Shown here: positions 1 through 13,039 of the stretch, piece after piece
Layout of the letters: every line of letters begins with the position of its first letter
How positions within the stretch are numbered: the first letter of the stretch is position 1
Assembly: GCA_025786725.1 (NCBI GenBank)
Contig: JAHLTZ010000025.1
Span: 124,001 to 188,000, forward strand
Length of the DNA: 64,000 nucleotides
Source: Syncephalis fuscata S228
Lineage: Eukaryota; Fungi; Zoopagomycota
Direction: 5' to 3'
Notes under the pieces: generated by a model
Seen by the model: only the letters and a program-made list of their open reading frames with translations
What the model was told of the DNA's origin: nothing
Database searches by the model: none
Position numbers and translations under genes: made by a program

Positions 1-594
<594 letters not shown>

Positions 595-679
595 ACAGAG
601 CAGCAGTTCTATTATAACATATTGCCAATAGTCATGACGAGTAGATTGTGAGGAATTGATTATAATAAATCCCATAGTA

Positions 680-1989
680 TTAGCTGTCTATGACAGGCAG
701 TAAACGAAATTCTGCATAGGCTGTTTCATTGCTATGTTCAGAAGATATCATCATCTAAATGAACAATAATCAATAACACTGGTATAAAAGTATTCATATA
801 TTATACACTATAACTTACTTGTAGGCCTAATAGACCATCCTGGTTTGCACGAATAGATGCCTTATTTGCCACGGATAAAGCTTCAAGTGCTGTTTTTAAA
901 TGGCTACTTCGATATCTATTAACCATTTATCACTATTAGTCGTTCATAGAGTTGTTCTATTTAATCATTACACTTACCGATACCGAGAATAATCCACGCT
1001 TGAAAACGATTCAACAATATCGACATTAGCATTAAAATTAACCTATTAAATTTTTAGTATAATGATCAATTGAATAGTCTATCATTTACCTCAGTACTGC
1101 CGGTAATACCATCGGCAGATATATTTAAAAAGGCCGGTTCAGCTGAAGCCGTAATAGTTACTAGATCGCATACTTCAATAGCATGTATCAATGCATCTCG
1201 TAACCAATCAGCCTAGACAATTAATATTATTTGCATAATTAACGTAAACATAATAAAGAATAAATCATCTTATTTACCTTCATAATCACTTTGTAATAGA
1301 GTGGTGATTGATGCATATCAAAATAAAGCTGTTCAGTCATTTCAATACTTTGTAACTGACATGTCATAATAACTCCATTCTCCTCTAGTCTATCATTTGG
1401 CTATTTATTATTGATCATTTTGTATTAATCCAACTATACTTACATTAAACTCAAATCATTATTTTCTTGTAATCGAATAATCAGCGAGTTACTCGGCCCT
1501 GGTGGCAATAAAGATGCATTTGTCCGCAATCCACCGCCCAAGGAGCGTCGTTGCGTACCAAATGATTTGCCATCAGTGAAAGATCGACCACTGTTTTCGG
1601 TAATATTCAATGGAGCCAGAAAGAGTGCGAGCATACTTAGATTAATACCAAAAATATACGCTTCTTCACGAACTGGTGAATTAAATGTATATTGATGAAA
1701 CAATTCCTTTTGTAAATATGCAAACGCTTGTAAACTACCAGCATCCTACGTAAATTAACAATGTTAATAACTATTAACAATAGTAATACAGCTAATACCG
1801 CCATTGCTATTACCTCTACAGAAAACTTAATACCATCGTTTGTGACCGTGCAAATAGCCAACTAACCAATGACAAGGTTGATTAGTCAAGTAAAAGTGTA
1901 ATTCGGTAGACAAACCTCTTTAAAATGAACAGATTGGTCAGCATGTAGATATGCTGTGTCCCTGTTATTTTCGCCTCAAACTGTGTCAT
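680..1989 (-). CDS. RAD1: 9-1-1 checkpoint clamp subunit, Rad1/Rec1/Rad17 family (multi-exon)
   Basis: MAICTVTNDGIKFSVE, a Q-type AFAYLQKELFHQY segment and a C-terminal AYAEFRLLPVIDS* match the PCNA-like Rad1 family. ATG at 1989, TAA at 680-682. One apparent 1-nt frameshift in exon 1. Confidence 0.8.
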
Positions 1990-2134
1990 TGCGGCTATAC
2001 AAGTAAGTGAAGTAGAAACTAACAAAAAGGAAATCGTCAACTCGGCGGTATAGACAAGTCCGACACTGTCTTTCTTCTTTCCTTTTAAACCTCATCTAGC
2101 CGATTCGTTTGTTTTCTGACTCATTGTTACTAGT

Positions 2135-3713
2135 ATGAAGTTGACGTCGTTTGACGCATTTCCCAAGGCAAGTATCTATATAGTATGAACACGTGTGTAC
2201 ACGTGTATATACGTGTGTATATGACTAATGCAACCATTTAACAGCTTGAAGCTACCTACAAGCAACAGCGACGGTTTGGCGGTATTATCAGCATATGTAT
2301 TTCACTTGTGCTATGCCTGCTTGTTAAGCATGAAATATCCGAGTATATAGGACAACAACAGCACTATAAATTCTAGTAGATAGACAAATCAATCAGCCAC
2401 TACAGCTTAATGTGGATGTTACATTTGCCATGAAATGTGAATGTAAGCTATATAGATTTATTCTGTTATAAAAGTATTCACTATTTAACAAAATAGATCT
2501 TATTGCACACGCGGTTGATAATGGAGGGGCTTCTTCCAAGATTAATGGCCATTTACAACTGCAATCTGTAAGGATTTGAAACTATTAAAATAAAATAACT
2601 GACTAGTATGATGATAGAAAGATTTTACGGCCGATGGTGCCACACTACTTAGTGATATATTAAATGAAGAGACGAAAAATGAGGGCATCAGTCACAATGA
2701 CTATAATTCTGGCATGTCTGCATTCAGTATGGATAAGCATGGCAATTCATTGCATCATGCTGTCTACAACGGTAAGTCATTATACTATTCACTATTTGCC
2801 ACTTATTCCACTCTAATGATTAGACCATTCGTCTGAAGGCTGTCGATTATATGGGTCATTTGATGCGGCCAAGGTAATGTGAATACTGTAATTAAATACA
2901 ATAACTAATTTTATTAGATTGCTGGCAATCTACACGTTACCGCACTTGGTCATGGTCATGGTGGAGGACATGTACCACATGAAGGTAAGTAGATATCAGT
3001 GTAATTACTAGTTACTTAGTTCATTTTATTACATTAGCTATTAATTTTACACATCGAATTGATCGATTCTCTTTTGGTAAAGAATATCCAAATTTGGTGA
3101 ATCCCCTGATAATAGTGTAGAGATCTCAAATGGAGGCAAGTTTATTTGTTAGTTAAAAGCAATGTTCTAATAAATAATATAGATTTGGATAATTTTCAAT
3201 ATTATCTCTCGGTGGTAAGTCTAGTTAATGCACAATATATATAGTTGGCTTACATTATGATTAGGTGCCCACCATTTATCAAAGTAAATGACCAAATGAA
3301 TGATTAATTATTAATAGTTAACCAATCATTATGATTTATGTATATTAATGTAATTAGCACGATTCTCCAGTCCAATGTTTACCAATCAGTATGCCGTTAC
3401 TGAATATCATCGGGCCGTTAATTCAGAGCGTAATATTTGGCCTGGTAATACATATATATATATTATACTATTGGCAACATAGCTAACCATCTTATTATTA
3501 TTATTAGGTGTCTATTTTAAATATACTCTTGAGCCCATTTCAGTCCATGTCACCGAAGGCGATGACCGTTCACTATTTAACTTTTTAACTAGACTATGTG
3601 GTGTCATTGGTGGCATTTGGGTGACTACTGGGCTAATTTATGCCGTTGTTAATACTTTAAGTAATAATAATGGAAAACAAAGCTATACAGAGGTTAAAGA
3701 AATGAAGGACTAA
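2135..3713 (+). CDS. ERV41: ER-Golgi vesicle protein, Erv41/ERGIC family
   Basis: N-terminal MKLTSFDAFPK, EGCRLYGSF, AGNLHVTALGHG, NFTHRIDRFSFG, FQYYLSVVPTIY, TNQYAVTEY and FLTRLCGVIGGIW. Two GC-AG introns (2168, 3136). Confidence 0.88.
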
Positions 3714-3809
3714 TAGAGTAACTATATGGATAGTATATATATACACAGCCAATACTATTACTTTATTACTCTTTCTGTTATACTTTTATTAATGTGTTAC
3801 TTTTCATCA

Positions 3810-6800
3810 TTAATGAAACAGTTTCTTTATATCCTTTACTTGCTGTGTTAATCGCCTAGCAATTTTAGACCAACTATACGATAGATGGTTTTCTACAATT
3901 GGAATGGCCGATTGGCATTCCTAATAATAAACATTATAAAATGAGTCATTATTAAATAGAGTGTCTATTAGTATTGATTATAACTATATACACGACAGCT
4001 TACCTTTATTGTGCTTAAATCCAAGACATTCACTTGCTGTGCCATAGTCATTTGGGCTCGTTTAGAAGAGGCGGCCATATTCAATAATTGCTGATCTACC
4101 ATCGCCAATAGCTCTTTTGTCCTTTTCTTCAACTCAATTGGATGCTATGTTGATTGAACTAATGAATATATCATAGTTTATACAACTAGAGGATCACTTA
4201 CAGGCTGAAGACTGGAACGGCACTTACTAGCTTTATCGGTAATAAGCTTTTCAGTAGCCATAATACCAATGGCTAGATAGAATATAGACTATACTCTTCC
4301 TGTTATTCAATAATTACTATAATACACTATTTGATTACCTCAATGATGGCTACAAGTGATCGACAATAGTCAAAGGTAACAATATCATCTGTTGAAATGC
4401 TAGGTACTATAAATACAGTTAATTATAATTTAATATGTATGTATGTATATTAATAAAATCACCATTCATTTGTTCAAATAATTTAGTGGTCAATTGTTCA
4501 AGCTGCTCCTTCATAATAGCATCCTCTATAAATATATTAATATTAATATTAATCCATTTATACTATTCAAATCGACTACTTGCCAATATCTCCGGTAATT
4601 CGCCTTTGTAATAGTTTTAATACTTGAACAAAGTATAACAACGTCTTATCGGGCAACTATAACCACCATTAACATTAATATTAATTGACTATATATTATT
4701 AATCATTTACCTCAGCATTATTGAATTGTTCAAATTGTGTCAATAAGTCATTTGCATTAACATCATTGCTATTAAATAGTACAGCAATAATGCGTAATCG
4801 CCATGCCTTATTATCAACAAGACTTGACTATATTACAGTTAAGCATTCTATTATTGTCTACACTACTTCGTATTCAACATACCGTGCTTAAATCGCGTGG
4901 AAGTAGCTGTTTTGCTAATGATAATCCATCCCAATGGGAAAGTGGCGGGAATGGTTCATAGTCTCGGTTATCAGATAGTTGAGATAAACGATTATCTACA
5001 CTTGAATGAACACGTATATATATATCCTTAATAATCACTTACCTGTATAATCTATATGTTCAAGATTTAGACTAGAAAGGAAGGTAATCAATGTTGGTAA
5101 TGATTTAGCTGCTTTTAACAGTTCAATTCTGTATTGTTCTTGTCGAATTACTTCTCGCTGTAACGAATTGCTCAATCGATCACGGAATTCAATAAAGTTT
5201 TCAATCTATTCATTTATATTGATTAGCACAAATTGCATGGCAGCCATTTATGCTGTAAATTACCTGAGAGAAAGTTGCATGCTTATAGGCTTGGGCAATC
5301 ATTTCTGGTGTCTATTAAATCACTTTAGTATCATTTTAATACTATACGTATTTAACTTACCTCAAAGATATTGGAGTTGTAAATAGAGGCAGATGATTCG
5401 AGTAGCTGCTCGGCCTCTTCCCATAAACCAAGATCAAAAAGTGTATCCGTCATAAGATAGCTCAATGTGTCATGTTGGACGTGTTTAATATTCAATGTTT
5501 CATACAATTCAACTGCTCGTGCGCCACAGCCTGTTATATAGTTTAATAAATATGTAAATATTCAGCGATAATCGACACTTACCCAATAAGCTATAGACAC
5601 GACAGAGAATAAGTGAATACTGAAAATTAAGATTATCCTTTTCGCGAGCTGCCTCTAGTACTACAGCGAGCGCGGCTAAATAGGCTGTATTATTGGATTG
5701 TCTAAATGCTTCAACCAACTTAGCCGATGCCAAATAAACAAGTCCATTAGATGATGGAGTGCCATTATTAAAGTGCTGTTTAAGCTTTTCCATAGCTGCA
5801 GTTGCCAATTCAGTGGGCGATGTCAATGCTGTTACAGAAGTGGCCCGATAGATTAGCGAGAATGCATTGGACTGAGCAATAGCACGCGAATCACCCTCAA
5901 ATGTATCGACTACGGATTGCAACTCCCCTGATAAAGATTTAACCATAGCTTCAGGCCATGATCCAATATATTTACTTAAATCTGCATAACAAGAAGGCTT
6001 ACTACCAAATATTTTGAAATAAGTTACTATGGCGGCTTTAAGAGCTGAGTAATCAATGTTGTTGCCGTTGTTATTCTGTAATTCAACTAGCACTAAATAA
6101 GAACTTCTTTCTGGTGTCTTGGCCAATTTAATTTGTTCGTTAATAAATAGTTCAGCTTCGGCTTTAGCTTCATCCTTTTTGATTCTGCGTAATGTATCGA
6201 CATAAGTACTGTAGATTGACCAGTCAGATGAGCCTTCTTGTAATTGTTTGACACAGAATTTGTTAAGATCCTCCCATTGTTCGAGTGTCGTCATTAATGG
6301 AATACGAAGGCTGTTCAGCTGTAACGGATCATTGAATTTACCAGCCAAATCCCCTGACAGTACACCAAGTGCTACTTCATGCTTATTTTGTGCCATCAAT
6401 ACACTAGCATATAACAGTAACTCTATAGATAGTTTATTATGCATTTAACATTATTGTTATTTAATTAACAATTACCTTCAAATTGTACTATTTTGTTATC
6501 TTCAGCAGCCTTGACCATCATACGTTCAGCAAGTGTTAACAGTAACTTTTTCTCTGTATCAGAAGCATTTTTGCTCTGTAATAACATGCAATTTACTGCC
6601 CAGAATAGATACTTGTTAGACTTGAATGTTTTATGCATACGTATAGCTAGCTGAATTGCATATCTATTAATTATATGCAATGTATCCATAGTCTATTACT
6701 TACTTGATGTTGTGCTTTAAAGCTGTCACCTCGAGCCAGTGCCATGAAGTAATAATTGGCCATTTCTTCACTATGAGGCTGTGCTTTAAATGCTGCTTCA

Positions 6801-7268
6801 TAAAAAGTGGCATTATCATCATCTAGTATACTGTAATTTAGTTGTCTGGCATTTATACATTGCTTAAATACTAACGTAGGCCCAATGCACGATAAACCAT
6901 CGATACTGGTTGCATAATCGCGGGATCCGTAGGCATTTCAGCCCGAACTAGCGTGCATTGCTCGAGTGATTCATTAGTTTTACCGGCTCGACATAAGGCC
7001 AAAGCCTTCAAAGCCTATGTAATGTCGTAGTAACATATTGGTATGAATACTAACATATAGTGTGCTTGTCTATTATAACTCACCATGACTTGTAAGGCAG
7101 CGGGATACTTTTTAAGCAATTTATTGCAATGTTGCACCGCCAACTTGTAGTTATGCTCGTCTATTGCGTCTGTAACCGTAACGGACATATATGTACGCCA
7201 CGAGCTGAGTATTACTGTGTTTATTGCCAATAAAACCCACCATAAATAAGACCTATACGCCGCTCCAT
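3810..7268 (-). CDS. MDM20: NatB N-terminal acetyltransferase auxiliary subunit (Mdm20/NAA25)
   Basis: N-terminal MERRIGLIYDAIDEHNYKLAVQHCNKLLKKYP, KYLFWAVNCMLLQ, YFKIFGSKPSCYADLSKY, NFQYSLILCRVYSLLG and LNIKHVQHDTLSY. Many short introns. Confidence 0.88.
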
Positions 7269-7686
7269 GTTGAGTAAAAGTCAATGCCCACAGTATAAAA
7301 GGTGTTTTCTCCGAAACTGAAACTAAAATAATAAGTGAAAAAGTTAATACACTTTTTAATTTGCATCAAAACAATTAATGCAATGTGTGATGTGTGTGAT
7401 CACTTAAAGTAAAACATGATCCAATTACGATGCAGCACAATATCGATCATGCAAGCACAATCTGATAAACATTTTAGATATTAATAAATTGCAATTACTT
7501 AATGCATTAATATTTATAGTAATAATATTTATATGCGTTTTACGTAATTCAATAGATGTCTTGCTTGGTTATAACATTCATGCGTGTTTTAAACGATTTT
7601 TGTAATAAAAGCTGCTTTGTTGGCGCGGTTTTGTAGACGATATTTTCTATAGCGTATATATATTGTAAAATAAAAACACCATCAAA

Positions 7687-8712
7687 ATGGTAAGTTGAAT
7701 TGCTTTAGTAATACAACAGAATTAAATGGGTAAAATGAGTTTAGATTAAGTATGCATCCTTGCTTTTGGCGCTGCTAGCCAGCACTGCAACTGTATTGGC
7801 CTGTGATTCTGGCCTGGTTGTTTATTGGGGCCAAAACTCTTACGGCGTAACCAATAGTGCGGATAAAGCGAAATGGGAGGGCCGTCTAAGCGATTACTGC
7901 AACTCTGGTCTTGTAGGCACCGTGGTCATTTCCTTCTTAAATGTATTTGGTCAAGGAAAAGCGGCATCGGCCAATTTGGGCAATCATTGTGATCAGTCGA
8001 ACGTTTACAGTGGCACTCAAATGCCTGATTGCTCCACAGTTCAGGACGATGTGCAGACATGTCGTAAAAAGGGCGTCAAAGTGGAATTGGCCATGGGTGG
8101 TGCAGCGGGCAGCTACGGCTTTACCAGTGATGCTGATGGCGCTCAATTCGCCGAAGAATTAAACGATTTAGCATTTAGCGGCAAGGGAGATATACGGCCA
8201 TTTGGTCCTGATGGTGTGGACGGTGTCAACCTAGACATAGAAGATGGTAATCCAATGGGATATACTGGATTTGTTAATCGGTTACGCGAACTTAGTCCTA
8301 ACGTTCATATTTCGGCCGCACCTCAATGCGTATATCCTGACGCATCACTGGGCAACGTGCTTAAATCGGCACCTGTCGATGCCGTCTACGTTCAGTTCTA
8401 CAACAATGCTTGCGGTGTTCAGGCTTATGGTACAGATGCATTAATTTCAAGACATGGGCTGATTGGGCGAAGAACGATGCTAAAGTAAAGAATGCCAAAG
8501 TGTACTTGGGTGTGCCAGGATCTCCATCCGCTGCTGGCAGTGGTTACATCGATCCAGGCAAGCTTGATGAGATCACCAAGTCTTTAGCCAAGGAATACAG
8601 CGATGTATTTGGTGGTATTATGTTGTGGGATGCTAGTCAAGCATTTGGCAATGAGATTAATGGCAAATCTTATGCCCAATCCACATCGGAAACACTTAAG
8701 CAAGTCTGCTAG
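7687..8712 (+). CDS. Secreted GH18 (class III / Cts1-like) chitinase
   Basis: ATG 7687-7689, intron 7690-7744, then a signal peptide (MIKYASLLLALLASTATVLA). Motifs VYWGQN, GGAAGSY, DGVNLDIE, SAAPQC, VQFYNN and FGGIMLWDAS. One missing T at ~8441 joins ORFs 7760 and 8410. Confidence 0.92.
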
Positions 8713-9131
8713 ATAAATAATAAACACCACATTTTGTTAACTATAAAAGTTGTGCTTTTGGATATTTGTTCAAACAATGTTGCATATTAAATGAATGTAA
8801 TTAATAAAATCAATTAAATGGTCAGTTGAAATTAACATGGCAGAGTTTTATTTAATAGAAATTGTTGATTATATTTCATGCTGTTTAATACCACTTTGCT
8901 TTGTAAATCATTGTTTTGGCTAAATAAATAGCAAGTACTGTAGCTGTTATATTATAAATACAATCATTGCTACTTCATTAAAATCCATCGGGTATTTTTA
9001 TTAATTTAACAATAAAAACAGCCTAACATTATTTCTACTATCGCTTTGTTATTCTCTATTGAAGCAGTATCAATAGGGATTCTCGGGATTAATAGCTACG
9101 CAATATTGACGTTGCATTTCATAAATTTCGA

Positions 9132-10450
9132 TTAATGACCCTCGGCGTTATTCTGTAAATTTTCCATACGAGTGGTCTCGACTGGTGATCCAATAACTGG
9201 ATACTGTTAAGAAGTGTAGCGTATCCTCATCCTCTGATTGATTAGTTTCAATAAACAGCTAGATTACAAAGCATTATTAGTTGATAAATACTAGAATATT
9301 GATAGCAATGTGCTATTTCTTTAACAATTACCACCAAATGATTGACCGATTGGAATTTTACAAATCGAAGTGGCACTGCAACATTCTGGTCATAATCAGT
9401 CTGAGTTAGCTCAAGCACTTGTGTTTCTGTGACGCTTTCTGCTTCTCGAAGCCTAGCGTACGAATATTGGCGTATAATTTGACTTTCTTGGGTGCTTGGT
9501 CGACACGATCTAGTTTCATGTTGCTAATAAGCTATTTCATGTAATTCTAATGTGCAAAATCACTGGCTTACCAAGGACAGCCGAGAACTTGATAGAGTGC
9601 AGTTTGACTGCCTGCTGGAAGGGTATAGAAATCATCAACTGAGCATCCACCTCGCTTTCCAAATGGCCCGATGCTTCAAATAGATTACGCACACCATGAT
9701 CACCGTGTTGGTTAAGACAGTCGACTTGAGCCACTTCAACTAATGAAGTAATATCTGCGGGTCCTTTTGAGTTACCAGCATCTGAGGCTGCGCCACCTTT
9801 GCTGCTAGCATGCTTTGAAATAAGACTGTGCAGACCATTGGATCAGCACCACGAAGATTGTCTACTCTTGGCCGTTCTTGTAAAACTAGACGCAAATATG
9901 ATGTTTAGTATTGAAATTGAAAAGTATCAATTTTTTTTACTTTAAAGGTTGGCCTATATATTAGTGTTAAACAAAGATAACTACATAGAATTGACAAGCT
10001 TACATGGCAGAAACGTTGGCCATTTGCGCAACTGACTAATTAAACAAAGGCTGTTAGAAAACCAATTGATTATAACATACTAGCTGTCGTTTCTAACCTG
10101 TAGCTGATCCACATCGACCTATACGTCATTATAAACAAATATTCTATATAAATACTATTGTCCTTACTACTTACCTTCAAAAACTGCACTTCAGGAAATT
10201 CGCGGCTAAGCTTTTCAAATACTGGCGCGATCATACGGCACGGCCCGCACCCTATATCGCTGTTAATACAAAATAGTTACCGTGCAAAGGTCTTACAAGT
10301 TGCTGTAAAATCCACAACCGTCTTTACCATGCTCGTGATTAGTAATGCTGCTTTCTTGCTAATACTATCTCTTACCAGAGTGGCTGGTGACGCGCCAGAC
10401 AGCTTTTGACGGAATTCCTCTTCGCTGGTTATTTGGTGAACACGGCTCAT
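9132..10450 (-). CDS. TXNL1: Thioredoxin-like protein 1 (Trx + PITH domain)
   Basis: Spliced [25 protein letters not shown], and PITH motifs [24 protein letters not shown] and [11 protein letters not shown]. Confidence 0.9.
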
Positions 10451-11436
10451 ATTTAAAATATCGATGAGTGATAGTTGAATAGTGGAAGAAAAGAATAGAG
10501 TTGACGTAACGATAGCAACTAATTTGCTGCCATTATTCGTAATCGGCAAATGTTTTGTGTATTTTGCACACTATGATTGCTATACTGTGATGTGACCATG
10601 GCCATCGACTTGGCCCAATATGTATTATACAGTCTATACTGAATACATAGCTATAGACTAGAACTCTAGATACTTTATTATTATTATATGTCATGTGTTT
10701 ATTAATATAAAGTGAAATACTTTGACTATATGTTATGACCCTTATGAACGGTATATATCACCACAGTGTTTATTTTCATTCGACTGTAATCGGTATATTA
10801 ACACAGCAAAGATAGTGTACAAAATGAACACAGCAGTGATAAGCTATTTAAAGTTTTTATTTTATATATATACTAGTGTTTAAACAAAGCTGAATTGATT
10901 GATCATTAACATGCTAGTTATTATGCTGCCTTTTTAATAGTAATGATACGGCTCGCTTGGCATTTGCAAACTAAATCAATATTTAAACGCATTTAATTCA
11001 CACTTCTATTCGCTTTTATATATTTATAATTTGGACTTTAGGAATATCAATAATACGTGGTCAAGTAAACAGCATATAAACGATTCGTTACAATGCTACA
11101 CTATTACACTACTAATGTATAAACACTATCGTAAAAAAATAATATATACACGTTTTACTTCAAAATATTCAGCACTCATTCATGTGTTATTCAAAATGGA
11201 AGGTTCTATCAAGTGACAATATACATATATATCATGAATGCTTATACATACCTTAATAGGCAATGGCTGCATGGTTTGTTTTAGCATTTTCCATAAAAAA
11301 TTGAATAATTAAAATGAAAATATATATAAATGTGCAGTCTGCTCAATATGTTTGTTTATTATTTTTTACGATAAATACACTGTTCTCTGCACTTACTTTT
11401 TCTACACGTATTTAGAAATAACGAATTATAGATACG

Positions 11437-12964
11437 ATGGCAATTATAAATTGGAATCAGCTTATGATGCTAAGCAGTGCTTTAGCATTGATGTCTATTG
11501 CTCAGCTTATATCTGCTATACCGCGTAAAGTTGAATTACCCAAGAGTAAGTTGTTATGCCAGCTATTTGATACATCATACTAATAACAGCAATACATAGA
11601 AATATTTGCACAGGATCCACCACAACCATATTTGGATTTTAATATTCCAGTTGAATTTAATCATGAGGATGAAATATCATGGGATCAGCAATGGCGTGGT
11701 ATATATGTGGATGTTACGTGTCGCATAAGAAATAACTTTGAGAGTCAATTTCAATTTTTCCAGGTATTTATTAGCTATTATTAGCATCACAAACAGCTAA
11801 TTAATTGCGGCATCATAGGACCTTAAACGCAATGAAGCATTGTTAGAAAATGATCCTGGACGCCAATATGTTTTACATCCATACAAATCGTTCATTTTTC
11901 GAGGCAAACGCTGCTTTGTTATGCCTGAATCGACTAATGAAGAGCTAGGTTCCCACATGGAAACACTATCATCTTCTGATAAAGCCAAAGCAATATTACC
12001 ATTTTTTATTAAACTAATACGAGGTGGGACTAATCAGTATATTATGAGCATGCAAAATATTAATTAACAAGCTGTAAATAGGTATTAACTATATCCACAA
12101 GGTTGGATGGGCAGGTGTTGGCTTTAAAGCGTTTAGTAAGAGCATACCACGTTAACATTTAAAATACTGCTAACTAGACATTATAGATGCCGCTAAATTA
12201 GATTCTGATATAAATCCGATTATCAATGTTATGGAGATTGAACAACTAAGACGCATTGAATTTAGAAACAATGCCGTATTATTGATAGATCCACCTCAGC
12301 CAGACCTTTTATATTCCCCTGAATGGATCGAGAATACCAAAATCGATCCGCGTAAAGCTGATCTATGGGAAGTTGGCGAATTTCTTTACCTGAATCAATA
12401 CAGTGATTACTATCTTAGCTCAAGAAGATCTTTTGAACGAACCATAATAGAGACTTTTTCTAAGGTACCAGATGTACAACCGAACATTGGTGATATGAAA
12501 AAACAATTCAAAAAATTCATGCCTCACTTCAAAAAATTTATTGAAGAAAGCTATATAAATGCCATTAGAGTGGACAATAACAATCGAGCTGTTTTACTAA
12601 ATACAAATAGTGGCCTCCCAACAAATATCATTGCTACATCGCCATCACCACTCAAACATATTCCTTTAACATCAAAAATACTGAACTTACTAAGCTTTGT
12701 GCTAGATTATGATTCTAGATTTAGTGCTTTTAAAACCCATTTACAATTTTTATCTAATGGATTTTTTCAATTGGGAATATATTGTAAAGTTACTAGCGAG
12801 TATATACAATATCCCAATGAATATGGGGCCATATTTAGCATGATAAATAAGTTACTGCCAGTCAATGTTGAAGAACGATTAACGCTAGAGCAATACTTGA
12901 GTCAGTTAATAGCAATGCAAATGCTAATCGTTTGAATCCATCCGGTCAACAACCTTTATCATAA
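11437..12964 (+). CDS. Secreted protein-kinase-like (pseudokinase) protein, copy A
   Basis: Signal peptide MAIINWNQLMMLSSALALMSIAQLISA. Kinase-like segments YVLHPYKSFIFRGKRCFVM, KLIRGINYIHKVGW, YSPE, DPRKADLWEVG and ERLT; no HRDxKxxN or DFG. Four introns. Comparison with copy B suggests a 1-nt frameshift near 12905 and a true stop at 12962-12964. Confidence 0.7.
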
Positions 12965-13039
12965 ACAATCGCTTTTAGCAATAAAAACTGATATTTTTAT
13001 TCAATTGTCTTTCCTATTAGCATATTGCATCAAATATGT

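Noticed and set aside
7760-8712. Chitinase, ABCC, TIM22 and GAA1 as pseudogenes because of split ORFs
   Set aside because: Only isolated -1 indels at homopolymers with all motifs intact, including in essential genes; best explained as sequencing error.
9132-10450. Selenoprotein possibility for the thioredoxin-like gene
   Set aside because: The active site is an ordinary WCGPC with TGC codons and no in-frame TGA.
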